From Octopus vulgaris (lineage: Eukaryota), in assembly GCA_951406725.2 (NCBI GenBank), contig OX597814.1:36146001-36210000 (forward strand): a stretch of 64,000 nucleotides of DNA, written 5' to 3'. The notes beneath the pieces are model-generated. The model was not told the DNA's origin, searched no databases, and was given only the letters and a program-made list of their open reading frames with translations. Position numbers and translations under genes: made by a program. Each line of letters begins with the position of its first letter. The first letter of the stretch is position 1. This document shows, one piece after another, positions 26,960-40,677 of this stretch.

Positions 26960-27440
26960 ATGGAACATTTTGACCTTTGCTATGCCATCTAATGGGCTGT
27001 ACACTCGAATGCTGCAAGAAAAGATGATGAAAGTAATCAGACAATTGAGATGGAAAGCCTTCTAGCATGACCTAGCCATGCCATCCTCAGAGAGCAACAC
27101 CTATGGAATCAAATCTAGGAAATACCCACACAAGATCAAGGACCTTGAGCCCTTCGATGTGGACCTACTGGGCATCATTCCCAAGCTAAACTTCCATAAG
27201 TCCTCTCGATTCTTCCAACAAAAGCTCCATGCTGACATTAGATTACTAAAAATCTTGGATAGCTTCCTAACCTTTGCAGATAAGACTAAAAACCTATATA
27301 GGATAGACACCTCTAATTACGATAGGCTGCTAGAAAACAATATTACACAGAATTATAGCATGCTTTCCCACACACATACAACAACAGTGAAGCCAAACAA
27401 TTAGCCAATAACATAGATATAGCTGATAAGGTAGAGATCT
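26960..27440 (+). pseudogene. Naiad-type PLE N-terminal region fragment
   Basis: VIRQLRWKAF*..YGIKSRKYP..FQQKLHADI..FADKTKNLY..LLENNITQNY, the DKT version of the PLE DKG domain. Confidence 0.75.
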
Positions 27441-27916
27441 TACACACACACACACACACACTCCATTGTATTGACATACAAAACATGTAGCTAAAGACAT
27501 CGGTAAAATATTGATACCATTATTGTTGTTGACAGTTGGTTATACAAAAGTTGTTGGGGTAGTAGTGGTGAAGTTATTAGTTATGTTGGTTTTTCTGTTG
27601 TTGAGAGTTTTAGCGATAGTGGTGATGGTCATATTGTTCTTGCTAATTGTACTGTTTCTGTTTATTCTCAAATTAATCATAAGATTGAAGACATTTCATT
27701 CAACTTTTAAAATTCACAAGAGTACGAAATTGTTTAATGTGATTGTCTTTAATTTAGATGGAGTTGTTTATCTTCTTCACACTACTGTTGCCGTTGCTGT
27801 TCATTAAGTAGTTGGTGGACTGGTGATGGTGGTTGATATATTAGTTTGGGTGTTGATAGTAGTGTTGTTGGGGGCCAAACTTGATTTAAATTTGCATATA
27901 TGAAATATATGATAGA

Positions 27917-28305
27917 CTAGCAGTATCGCCCGGCGTTGCTCGGGTTTGTTAGGGAAATGACTATAAAGCATTTTTAGAGAGTTATAGCCAAAAAATAGCA
28001 AAAAAATGAAAAAAAAATGATGGTAATTTTTTTTGGGGGGGAGAGTTAAAAAGGTCGAGTTGCGTCCCCTAGACAGTCTGTGGTTTGTGTTTCTGATTCT
28101 CGACCCCATGTCGAATTTATCGATTTTTTTCAGAACTGGGAGAACTTTTCAAAATTTTTGCTGCGTTAGTTTTGAATTATGACATTGGGCTATCTGTGTG
28201 TCAAGTTTCATCAGAATCGGTTGAAAGCCGTGGTCAGGGTGAGGGTACAACCTAACAGACACACAGACACGCAGACAGACAAACTGCCGTTTATATAGAA
28301 AGAGA
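27917..28305 (-). mobile_element. Complete non-autonomous Helitron-like element (389 bp)
   Basis: On the minus strand: A|TC 5' end, GTCT microsatellite near the 5' end, GC-rich subterminal motif and CTAG|T 3' end. No target-site duplication. Confidence 0.75.
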
Positions 28306-28333
28306 TAGTTATTGTGACCTATGTGAATAAATG

Positions 28334-28581
28334 TGGAGGCACGTGGCTTAGTGGTTAGGGTGTCAGCATCATGATCGTAAGATTGTGGTTTCGATTCCTG
28401 GACCGGGCAAATAAGTTGTGTTCTTGAGCAAAACACTTCATATCATGTTGCTCCAGTCCACTCAACTGGCAAAAATGAGTAACGCTGTGATGGACTGGCA
28501 TCCCGTCCAGCTGGGGAACACATATGCCACAGAAACTGGGAAACTGGGTCCATGAGCATAGCTAGGCTTGAAAAAGGGCCC
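28334..28581 (+). mobile_element. tRNA-derived SINE, family C
   Basis: A box TGGCTTAGTGG and B box GTTTCGATTCC. Tail shared with 14295-14410. Confidence 0.85.
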
Positions 28582-28700
28582 AATTACTTATTTTTATTTA
28601 TGTGAATAAATACAAACACATATTGACAATGTAAAATTTTCCCACACAACATCTGCAAGTATTTATTGTGAGATATACACCAACACTTGCATACATACTT

Positions 28701-28745
<45 letters not shown>

Positions 28746-30089
28746 TACACACACACAAACACACACACTGACACAGACACACAGAAAGACAGACAGACAG
28801 ACACATGCACACACACACACACATGTATCATGATTATCTCATGATAATCATTTTCAAATTGTTAACTATTCTTTGATCTAAGATAACATGTTGTGAAGCA
28901 GTCTTTAGGCAAATAACTGTTAAAATCGAACTACACTCTTCAAAACTTGCACTAAGAATAAGTACAAGGGAAAATAACTACCTGCTTGTATAGAAAGTCT
29001 AGTTTTCAATTTTAAAATCTATTTTCATAAGGGTAAAATTGTAGACCATATCCCAAAACTAATGGTCATACTTTGCTTTCTGTGAGCACAAAATTCCTCA
29101 ACGTTAGATGATGTGATGTGTGGAATGCACATGTATGCATTCATACAAACATATAGGTAAATAGATGTAAAGCATCTATGATTTTTACTTTTATATATTA
29201 GCAGTAAAATTTTACCTTCTTTCTTTATATTTTTCCCTACATTTCCTTTCAATTCTTATCAGTGCAATGATATATTATAGAGCACACATTGTCTGTTATC
29301 GCCATTGTTCCCACTTATTTTCCTTTCTCCAGAGACCTGTACTATTGCCTGAGAATGTCTCATGTTTGACTAAACAGATAATCTATTATATACAATCGCT
29401 AACGAAAAATTCCTGTGGTGTAAAAAATCTGTCACACGGTGGAAAGATGATGAAAGTATGAGCAAGAGGAAAAGATAGGTAGATAGATAGAGAGAGAAAG
29501 AGAGAGAGAGATTCAAACAAACACTATTGGAATATGCACACATATACACTCACACTTATAAACACTACCGGAGAATACACATGCACACATACCCTCCCAC
29601 ACACAGATGACAATTAGCTGTATGTGTGTGTGTGAGAGAGAGAGAGAGAGGAAGAGAAATAGAGAGAGAGTGGGGGCTGTGTATTCGTATGAGTGAGTGT
29701 GGAAGGTATCATGTGATGAACAACAAAGTTGAAGCTGATAGGTAACAAAATGAATAGTGTTGATTAAGAAACAAGATAAAATATGAGTAATGAAGATAGG
29801 CAAGAATATTTTGCAAAAGTCAGAATGAGAAATCAGTCTTGAAAAGTAAACATAACCGAAGAGAAGAGAAAAGATTTCCTTTAAAGTAATCAAAGGATTA
29901 TGAAGGCAATAATAGGATGTTATTATGTAATGGTGAGATGCTTATGGCTTATATGGTACCACAACATTTCCATAGGTACTGCTTGTACTTCATTAATTTT
30001 TCATACTAAATTCATAATTTAACTGTTGCTTAAGTTGACCTTGTCACTCAGTATTATGTCATGTGACATTTATATCCTTTTATATATGT

Positions 30090-30472
30090 AAACGAGCAAA
30101 ATGCCCCACTTCCGATGGACGGTGCTGAGTTGTCAAACATTTAAACCAAATTTTCTCAAAACAACTTGTCCGACTATCCCATAGGCCTTCCTTTTGAGAA
30201 ACCCTGATTTAACCTAAATTTGAGACACCAGCAAAAGAAGAAATAAAGATAGACTTTTTTCTATTCCAAGAAAAACGATTTTACAAAAGCACGTTCCCAC
30301 AGCTTTATTGATCGCATTCACACCTGGAATCGATTTTTGTAATTTTTTCAAGACTTATACACGCCCTGATACCGTTTGGTATCTACATATCAAATTTGAG
30401 CACAATCGGATGGAGGATGCCCGAGATCCTAGAAGACACACACACACACAGACAGAATGGATTTTATATAAT
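30090..30472 (-). mobile_element. Probable second non-autonomous Helitron-like family
   Basis: Same layout as 27917-28305 (CAAATTT..AATCGG..ACAGACAGA..TTTATATA). The minus-strand 3' end reads GC-rich motif then CTCGT rather than CTAGT. Confidence 0.45.
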
Positions 30473-30990
30473 AAATAAGCTAGCCTTATCTTTCATTCTT
30501 TAAAAGTCAGGAATATATTGAGGCAAATTCCAATGGCATGGTGTGAGTTTTGGCTACCATATTTGGTAATGTATTGGAACATCCTTCCTTAAATGTAACA
30601 TACCTTCAACTACTACAAACGTAAGTCTAAAAAGTGACTGCCCTGTGCAGTTTGTTCACTCCACACATCTCAAACAACAACACTGCTAAATTGAATATGT
30701 TATAAAAAAACTTCCCCGAAACAAAAATAAGCCCATACATATAGATGGTGGATTATAGAATCAATATAACCGAAATAGTTTTGGGCAAGTGCCTTGTGGT
30801 ATTTGTTTACTTTTTGAACTCAGATTATACCCATGTGAACTCTACATTCCATCCATCTGTGGGGGATAAAATAGTTTTCCATTGTCAAATATTTGGGTTT
30901 GATATAAATGACTGTGTCCTTGCATTCAGTAACCCATTATGATTAGAGTCCAATATCTAAAACTGGTTAAAAGATTAAAAGAATATATAT

Positions 30991-31385
30991 AGGCGCAGAA
31001 GTGGCTGTGTGGTAAGTAGCTTGCTAACCAACCACAAGGTTCCGGGTTCAGTCCCACTGCGTGGCATCTTGGGCAACTGTCTTCTGCTATAGCCCCGGGC
31101 CGACCAATGCCTTGTGAGTGGATTTGGTAGATGGAAACTGAAAGAAGCCTGTCGTATATATGTATATATATATGTGTGTGTGTGTGTTTGTGTGCTTGTG
31201 TTTGTCCCCCTAGCATTGCTTGACAACCGTTGCTGGTGTGTTTACGTCCCCGTCACTTAGCGGTTCGGCAAAAGTGACCGATAGAATAAGTACTGGGCTT
31301 ACAAAGAATAAGTCCCGGGGTCGATTTGCTCGGCTAAGGGTGGTGCTCCAGCATGGCTGCAGTCAAATGACTGAAAAAGTAAAAG
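30991..31385 (+). mobile_element. tRNA-derived SINE, family A (full length)
   Basis: A box TGGCTGTGTGG, B box GGTTCAGTCCC, central microsatellite, 3' stem-loop CAGTC-AAAT-GACTG and A-rich tail. Confidence 0.9.
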
Positions 31386-32438
31386 AAAAGAAAGATAAAG
31401 ATAAAGATATAAATATATAATGGGAAAAAATCAATATTTTAATGCAAGAGTCATCATCAGCGTCATTGCCATGTCATCATCATCATCATTATCATCATCG
31501 TCATTACCCTCATTATAATTTCCTTATTACCAACATAGACATGGGGAACTCTGATAAAAAAAAGACAAAAATGAAAGGTATATTACTTTATACACAGCCA
31601 AAAGTCTTGTGGTTCAATAGTATTAGGCAGCAATACTAGAACAATAAATGAAATTCTATGTTTTTGCTGAAAGTGAATATCTATTTCTTGACTGTCATCC
31701 ATAATTTAGATGACATGTTTGTCTGCTTACATAAAGGAATGCTGCCTTGAAGTTGTCACTCAACTGGGACTATTGGATGACAAATATGTTTCGAGATGAG
31801 TTTTATGAAAGCTGTTTCAATATGATTCTGTATCAACTGCAATGCAGTGAGACAAGCTCTATTTGGTTGATTCATCTGCAGGAACTAACCACCAAATCTC
31901 TCTCAAATTAACTTCTACTGCATTTTAAAAGATAAAAATGCATTGAATAATGAATCATTAGATCACACACGGGCAATCTTTTTTGAGGAGCAAACTACAT
32001 GAAACATGAAATATCTGAAAGTCCCTTAGGCTGCGGGTTACCCACAGCCACAATAGATTAACAGTACACACACACACACACGTGTATGTATTTGTGTGTA
32101 TGTGCGCACATGTGTGTGTGTGTGTGTGTGTATGTGTGCGTGAGTGCATGTGTGTGAATGTCTGTATGAAGGTGCATTGTGAGACCATGGGTTCAATTCC
32201 TTGATCAGGCATTATGTTGTGTTGTGTTCTTGAGCAAATCTCATTACTCTGCAATTATTTCATCATCTGACATCTGGCATATTGTGCACCTGTACAGGTG
32301 ATGTCGATTTCATATAAGGATTGAGCTTATGTGAACACAAACATTTGATCACTATAAATAAATCATCTGTGTGGTTGTTCAGCAAGAAATTGCAGAATTC
32401 TCATATGTCATCTTGCAACAGAACTGTCTATGACAATA

Positions 32439-32477
<39 letters not shown>

Positions 32478-32480
<3 letters not shown>

Positions 32481-34416
32481 AGGCCAAACATTAGCAAATC
32501 AGAGATGTCTGCATGTAAACGTATACAAAACGATCAAACAATAATAATTAAACAAGCAGATAAAGGTGGTGCAATTGTTATTATGGATACCGAATACTAT
32601 AAGGATTTGGTTGAAGACCAACTGAAGGATACAACCTTCTATTGTGAAATTACCCGCAAATATAGACCACCACATCATGAAAAAGATCAACAACCTGATT
32701 TCAACACACCACAACTCACTTACGGATAATGAAAAAGACTACATCACCAATTTTGAACCAAAACCCAGCAACTTCTACGGCTTACCAAAAATACACAAAT
32801 CAAAAAACATTCAACAGGCAGTAAAAGAACAAGAAAGTGAGTACATAAAATTATTACATCCAAAAGACCTAAAACTTAGACCTATTATAGCTGGTCCAGC
32901 ATGCCCTACACACCGTCTAAGCAATTTTATTGACATTGTTTTGAAACCACTATGTACTTACATACCAAGTTTCATCAGGGATGACATCGACTTCCTGTCC
33001 CATCTTCCCAAAACAACAGAAACAAATTCAGTTTTACTAAGTTTTGATGTGGTAAGCCTCTACACCAATATTCCACACGATTTAGGAATAAAGGCGATTA
33101 AATACTGGTTAGAAAAACATAGAGAAGTGATTCCCAGCAGATTCACAGTGCCATTTATATTAGACACAGTCAAACTTATTCTAGAAAATAACACATTCTT
33201 CTTCAATGGAAAGAATTACATCCAAATTAGAGGCACGGCGATGGGAACGAGGTTTGCTCCCGTTTATGCCAACTCTGTAATGGGATACTTAGAAGAACAA
33301 CTCTACCAAGAGGTGGAGGTAAACTATGGCACTGGATTTAGAAAGTATATTGAAAAGGCATGGAAGAGATACCTAGACGACTGTTTCATAATCTGGACAG
33401 AATCTCTAAATACTCTGGAAGAGTTCAATATCCTCCTGAACAACCTACACCCATCTCTCAAATTTACAAAGGAGATGAGTAGTACCAAATTACCATTCCT
33501 GGATATAATGGTAATTAAAAAAGACACCACCATCACCACAGATATATACTATAAACACACAGACACACATCAATACCTAAATTTTAAGTCGTGCCATCCA
33601 CCACATACAAAACGTAACATCCCATACTGCCTAGCCAGAAGAATTTGTACTATTGTAGAAGATGCAAATATCAGGAACAAACGCCTAATAGAACTAAGAG
33701 AATTTTTGCTCAAACAAAAATACCCATCTCTACTTATAGAAAATGGCATACAGCGGGCTATAAAAATACCTATACAACAACTTAGGACAACCCAAGGAAG
33801 AGGAAAACAAGAACAAGTCATACCATTCATAGTGACACACAACCCATGTCACCAGAATATCTTCAACATTGCCAAAGCAAACCTACCAATCATTGCCCAA
33901 AGTAATGAATTAAAAGACATAATCAAGGATCGAGCTATGGTGCTTAGTAAAAGACAGCCTAAAAACTTGAAAACATTACTAACAAAGGCAAAATTTGACC
34001 TCAGCAACAAAGACCAAACATTCACGGTATCTAAATGCAATGATAGCCGATGTGGCACATGCCAATTCATACATACCGGTCAATATATAAACACAAAAAC
34101 CGGGAAAATATTCACAAACGCGAATATGAACTGCAAAAGCAGAAATTTAATTTACTGCATCAAATGCCCAAATTGTGAAGAAATATATGTAGGTCAGACG
34201 GGAAACGCACTATTAGAACGCTCACGTGTACACCGGCAACAGATTAGAGACCCAGAGGTCCGTCAGATACCTTTGAGTAACCACCTAGCAACATGTGGTC
34301 GGAAAATATATATAATATTTCCATTCTACAAATTACACAGCCCAAGTGAAATCGAGAGGAAAATCAGAGAAAAGAATTTTATTGATAAATTCGAACCCAA
34401 GCTAAATAAGCAATAA
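32478..34416 (+). CDS. PLE polyprotein (DKG domain, RT, Cys linker, GIY-YIG endonuclease); N-terminus missing, one frameshift near 32650
   Basis: IKQADKGG, FYGLPKIHK, RPII, SFDVVSLYTNIP, GTAMG, RYLDD, PFLD, CNDSRCGTC and NLIYCIKCPNCEEIYVGQTG..R..H..E..N. Removing one base near 32653 joins ORF 32430 to ORF 32644. Confidence 0.92.
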
Positions 34417-34910
34417 TAATAATACTTAGAGGTATTACTTCCACTGCTACGACCATGACCACTAACAACAACAACAATACTAAAGGTGATCAAGACGAAG
34501 ATAGCAGGAAAATTATCTTATTTTGGGTTAAAAGTTCTATTGCCACCACCATCACCACTAGCAACAATAATTAAGGTGCTGACAATGATGATGATGACAA
34601 TTGAAATATAAAAATATAAAAATCTCTGACAAAGGATATTTACAACATTTCTAAAAATAACCCAACAATTGCTGCTTCGGCCAGGGTCAAGATACAGGAC
34701 TCTTGACCTGTCCAACAAAGCGTGATGCCTAAACCAATCAGCTCAACCAACCAATCAGCTTAAGTAATTGAGTGATACTACACACTGATTGGTCAGAATA
34801 CAGTTTGCAAAACCTAGCACTCTGGAGCCTACCCAGCTGTATTTATAGCACAGAATCACTCATCTTGCTACAGTCAAAAATTGTGAAGCATGACTGTCAA
34901 CACTACTACA

Positions 34911-34955
34911 TGAACCCGAAGATTGCAGAATTCAATGCATGAAAGTACTAGTTCA
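34911..34955 (+). ncRNA. Minimal type I hammerhead ribozyme of the PLE pseudo-LTR (U>C in core)
   Basis: Stem I TGAAC/GTTCA, CCGAAGA, stem II TGCA/TGCA, GAAA, palindromic stem III GTAC, then TA. Confidence 0.75.
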
Positions 34956-35569
34956 ATCAGAATGAATATTTAACATTCTACTATTTCATTTTATTTTATT
35001 CAATTATAATATATTATCTTATAATATATCATTATAAGATTGTAAATAAAACGTGAAAATCAGACAAGGTTGGAATTCTTTTTATTAATATATTCTTCTA
35101 TACACAATCACACACACCCATATATATATATATCTATCTATATATATATATATATAACGAGGTATAAACAGTAGCTGCACGACAGTGCCTCTTAAATGTG
35201 GCTAACCACTGAGGGTGGATGCTACCGTAACTTGTAGCCCCAGGAGAACATCTTCTCCAGCTGGCTATTGACACACTTTCTGTGCTCTATCAGTATTTGC
35301 AAAGGGAAGCCATCCTTCCCATCGTTGACTTGACGTTATACGCACGGACCTGAGTTTCTGGGTATTTACCCGTCATCAGCGCACAACAATCACTGGTCTT
35401 TGATGCGAAGGGGTCTCAATGCAAACACATATATCCTTTTTCCAGTGACGAAAAGTCACTGGAAAAAGTGCTTGTTTATTGCTTATTTACACTGTTTTGA
35501 GATAAGTGACTTTCCTATGATCAAGTATTTTCTAGCCTTACCTGTCCTGTTTCTTTGTGGCATAGAGCT

Positions 35570-35631
<62 letters not shown>

Positions 35632-35644
35632 GAGTTTATATATA

Positions 35645-36923
35645 TAGGATGGGGAAGCAAAATTTACAATGAACGTTAAGTTTTTTTTCTCACCAGGCAC
35701 TAAGTCAATTGTTTTGAAACCTAGCATATATGGATGTCATAATCATGCCTAACACTATCATCATTACCTTTTCAGAAACTTTTGCCCATATGAGTAATCA
35801 GGAAAGCAAAAGTCAAAGAGTGTGTGATTTGCTGAATGCACTCGTCACACCAAAGGAGATTTCAAGAATAGTTGGAGTGTCCATAAAGACTGTTTATAAT
35901 GTAAAGAATAGAAGGACTACGAGCAAAACTATTACGAGGAAGTCTGGAAGTGGAGGAATCAACAAAAAACGTACCAAAGCTTTTATTAAAGCTCTCAAAT
36001 CCAAAATCCTAAAGGATCCAACTCAATCCATGAGTAAAATGGCAATTGAACTTGAGGTAGTCAACAAGACCATTAGAAATGCAGTAAAATATGATTTGAG
36101 GTTAAAATCTTACACAAGAACACCAAAACATTTGTTGACAACAGCTATGAAGGAAAAGAGATTGGAAAGGTGCAAGAAAATTATTACATGGTTCAAGAAA
36201 AAGTCCTCCATTGTAACAATGAAAAGATCTTCACTGTCGATGCTGTTCTGAACCACAGAAAAGACAGGTTTATCACAAAATCGACAGCTGAGGTTAAGGG
36301 GACATTCAAAACAAAACATCCTGCTCAAGTTATGGCTTTTGGTGTTGTGGCTTCCAATGGAAAGAAAATGCCTATAAAATTCTACAAAGCTGGCGAAAAG
36401 ATCAATGTTAATACTTACTACAAGACTCTGAGATACCAGGTATTGCCATGGCTTAAAGTAAACTACCCTGCTGGTAATTATGTATGGACACAGGATGGTG
36501 CTCCAGCCCACATGGCTAGAAAAATACAAGATTTTTGCAAATCCAACTTTAGCAGTTTTTTTAAATCATGTTTATGGCCGCCTTCCAGCCTAGATATAAA
36601 CCCTCTGGATTATGCTATTTGTTGGCGTTTAAGACCATGCTACTGATAGAACATCACACAGCAATGTCGACTCTCTTAAAGATACTATTAAAAAAGAATG
36701 GGAGAAGTTGTATCCCGAATATTTGAGGAACACTCATGCAAGTTTCAGGAAGCATGTGAAGGCAGTTATTGAGAAAGAAGGGGGACACATAGAAAAAAAC
36801 ATTTTCTATTATGTAAATTTTCTGGTGACAAATAAATTCTCATAACTTTCAATAAACTAATTGGTCATACACTGTCTTTCAATCCCTGCCTCAAAATATT
36901 GTAAATTTTGCTTCTCCACCCTG
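35645..36923 (+). mobile_element. Tc1/mariner DD37D (maT-type) transposon, near full length, frameshifted transposase (about 35790-36810)
   Basis: TIRs of about 26 bp (..GAAGCAAAATTTACAAT) with TA flanks. HTH region, NEKIF, QDGAPAH, 37 residues, then D in SLDINPLDY. Confidence 0.9.
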
Positions 36924-38999
36924 TATATACATATATATATATGTATATATATATATATAAACTCTATATCACAAAGAAACAGGACAGGTAAAGCTAGAAA
37001 ATACTTGATCATAGGTCTATTGAATCAGGGCTTATGTGTGGTCAAACAACAACACCAACAATCAATAACATACCAACTGCTTTCATAGTAGCTACTGTTC
37101 TCTGCAGCCAGAGTAGAAGATCTTGAAAAACTTATGCAGTAAATTTCTACATGAAATGTCTTTCAATAATTATTGTATAATATCTGATTGGAAAATAATA
37201 TTGAAATGGTAGAAACTACACACACATACGTACACAATTGGCCACACTTACACACATACACATACACATATATACATACAAGCACACTTACGGGCACGTG
37301 CACACACACACACGCATACGTACAAGCAATGAATCAAAGAAATAAATAAAATGTGAATCAATTATCAATATGACGACATAGAGAAAACAATAAGAATATT
37401 AATCAGAATTGGTTGCTGAATTCTTTTCCGATCTGATGATCAGCAGAAAATAGAAATCATTCAGTAATTCAACGAATAAGGAATTCTTGAAGATAAAAAC
37501 AGCAACAACAACAACAACAACAACATAAATACATAAATAAATAAAAGAAAAATTCAAATGAAAGAAGACAAATATAAAAATAGTACAGCAAAAAAAAAAA
37601 AAAATAAAGATTAGCCTCAAATCCTAATCAGAAGAATATTGTGAATTGGCATCTCAGAAAATCAGAAAAATAAAAGAGAAGTTGGGATAAAAGTGAAAAA
37701 GGGTGATATGAGATGGGTGGGGTGGATGGGTGAAAATTATTGAATGCTGTTTTCATAACTTTTGATGTCGAAACATTTTCTATTACTATGTTAAGTGCAG
37801 TGATGTTATCAAATGAGAAGTAAAGCTTCAGATAGCTTTGTTTAGATGAGTGAGTCATGTGTTTGGTTGTTCAACAACATTATCTGGCTGAGTATCTCAA
37901 GAAACCCACTGGGTTTCTTTTTCTTTCTGTTTATTTTTTTTTCTGTTTTTTTTTTTTTTTTTTTTTTTCAGTTATATTCTCTTAAACATCCTTCTGCTCT
38001 GCTTTCCCTACCTCATCACCCATGCCATGACCTCCAAACCAACTAAAAACATATTTCCATGATAATATTACTTTTTATACTACCAATCATCACTATTGGG
38101 ACAACTATCAATATCATTATTGCAAAGTTAATGATGAAGGCGATGGTAATGGTGATTCTGATGATGCCTGATGCCAATGAAGATGATGAGGAAAAAAATT
38201 GTCGTCAACATCGTCTCTAGAATCACCCTCTTAACATATAGCATTGTCAGCATTAATATAATGGGTATGACACTATTAGTACACTAAGCAGCACCATCAC
38301 TGAAATATTCATTACCACCGCCGCTACCACCACCACTGCCGCCGCCACCACCACCACCACCACCACCACCATTACACCACCATTAAATTTCATCATTTTG
38401 ATGATGACCAGCACTCCATTCACTAGGATCAGATTAATGAATCTTACAAGCCAACAAAGAATCATCTTTGTTGTTTGTTTGAGGTGTAAGAAATAGCAGC
38501 CGAATTTCCCCCAAAATCAAATTCTACCTCTCAATCAAGGAAGAAAAAAAATGAATAATGCATTACCAAATAAACATAGTAAAAAAGAAAGAATAGTTAG
38601 GAGTAATTTTGCTCAAACAAGATTAACCTAGGACCATATCCCAGAAGATACCAGTGTCTTTTCTTTTTTCCTGCCTACTAAAACCTTAGTCTTTATTAAT
38701 TTTACCTTGAGACCACTAGATTCTAGATTTATTTACCATACCTGGAATTTTCTCTCTAATTACTCTCTAACTACTCTATAGATTGTTAGCATATAGCTAT
38801 TCCTATGAATGTCAAATCTTAAATTCGTCTCTGATGGCCTGTAGGACTATGATGAATAGGAGAGAATGGAGACTGATCCTTGATGGACTCTTATCTTCAG
38901 GTTAAATTTATCACTGAAATCATTGTTGATTTATTTTACTGCCTCTTTGATCATAGCTTGTGCAGCCCTTATAAGCTATTCATCTACATTTAGTTTACT

Positions 39000-39900
39000 C
39001 AAAGGCTACCAAATTACTGAATGTGGTATTCTGTCAAATGCCTTTTCCAAATCAAAAAAAAAAACAAGAGTAGATGTTTATTCTTAGCCAAGTACTTTTC
39101 CTATCCATGGTGCTTCTTCCTGGCATGAAGCCAAACTACATCTCATCTTGATCTCCATTGGTATGGATCCATTGTGATATGACTCTCTCTCAGTGACATT
39201 AATAACCTGATCCAATTGTATGATCCTGCTATTGTAGCTTCTCTTTAACCCTTTCGTTACTGTATTTATTTTGAGATGCTCTGTGTTTTTTTCAATTACT
39301 TTAAATATAACAAAGAATTTAGTAAAATAACTTAGTTACCGTTAAGCTAGTGTTAGGGACATAAATTGTGACTAAGGTTTGGTGGAAGATTTTAATTCAA
39401 AACTTATGAAAACAAGACATTTGTACTACAGAGCCAGAGCCGGTTTCAGCCGGGTTGGTAACGAAAGGGTTAAGGCATCTCCTTTGCATTTGCAGCAGTT
39501 TATGATTATACTACTCTGCCAGTCAATGGGTAAGACATCCTCTTGCATAACTTGATTGACTATCCAAATGGTAATCCCATGTAATCCAGATATTTTGAGC
39601 ATCTCTGCAACTATTTTTGATAGATCAGCAGTTTTCCCTCTCTTTAGGCTCTTAATTACTTTAGCTACCAAACTGCAATCCACTAGAATTACTTACCCCT
39701 CTGCCAGATCAACACGTGGTAGCCCATCTTTATCCCAAGCATCCTCTTCTTTCAGCACCCTCTCACAACAGTACTTCCTCATGTCTTTCTAGTTTTCAGT
39801 ATGGTTGGCAAGTATGCATTCCTCATTCTGAACTTACTTCTCATCAATGGTGTCATACTTCTCTCTCATGCACTGTTTTACAATCACAAACATTTCCTGT
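39000..39900 (-). pseudogene. RTE-clade LINE fragment interrupted by a MITE
   Basis: Minus strand IVAEMLKISG..LPIDWQSSIIINCCKCKGDAL, then EM*FGFMPGRST and DLEKAFDR. Same region as 24910-25570. Confidence 0.8.
39249..39469 (+). mobile_element. piggyBac-like MITE (221 bp) with TTAA target-site duplication
   Basis: TTAA-CCCTTTCGTTAC..GTAACGAAAGGG-TTAA. Excision rejoins the RTE sequence (KGDALKRS). Confidence 0.9.
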
Positions 39901-40338
39901 CATTGATCCTTAAATTGTAGGACGTGCAGATCCCTTCCTTCCTAACTCCCCATTTTGCCAAACATACATGTTGTCTCACCGCACTGGATAATGCTCCCTA
40001 CTATCATCTTCCTTCCAAGTTTCCCAAGCCTGTCTATTAACTTTTACCACCCTCTCAACTGTTTCATTCCACCCTCACATGACCTTCAGGTTGACTGGGA
40101 CTTTGACCATATCACAGGTCTGATCTATAGTACCAAGAAGGTCGTTTTATTGAAATTCCAGGTGTCTATGCTACCGGTATTAGGATGTTCTTCACACAGT
40201 TGTACTCATCAAATGAATTTTCTCTAAACATATTCCCAACTGTGGGATCTATTACTTTCTGTATTTTCATTTTCTTCTCTTTGTTTCTACATCAATCTAG
40301 CTCTGACTCTGAAATTACTTGTCACTCACTAATCTCTG

Positions 40339-40510
<172 letters not shown>

Positions 40511-40677
40511 TATATAATTTATCTATATTGTGGGCATTACTATACATAAATGCCCTCAATATAAATAAATTATATTTAAGAGAAAAATTGATGGATTTTT
40601 CTCTTGTGAGGTTTTTCACACTAACTACTTCATAAATTCTTATAAAGATTTTATTCTATTTTTAAATTATGTATATA

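Larger units (their letters stand above)
32478..35100 (+). mobile_element. Penelope-like element, Neptune-like, 5'-truncated, inserted in (TA)n
   Basis: RT plus GIY-YIG ORF, then about 680 bp of 3' UTR/pseudo-LTR with an HHR. TA tracts at 32437-32477 and 35120-35156. Confidence 0.92.

Noticed and set aside
32640-32665. Programmed ribosomal frameshift in the PLE ORF
   Set aside because: No slippery heptamer, and PLEs normally have one ORF. A single-base insertion or sequencing error is simpler.
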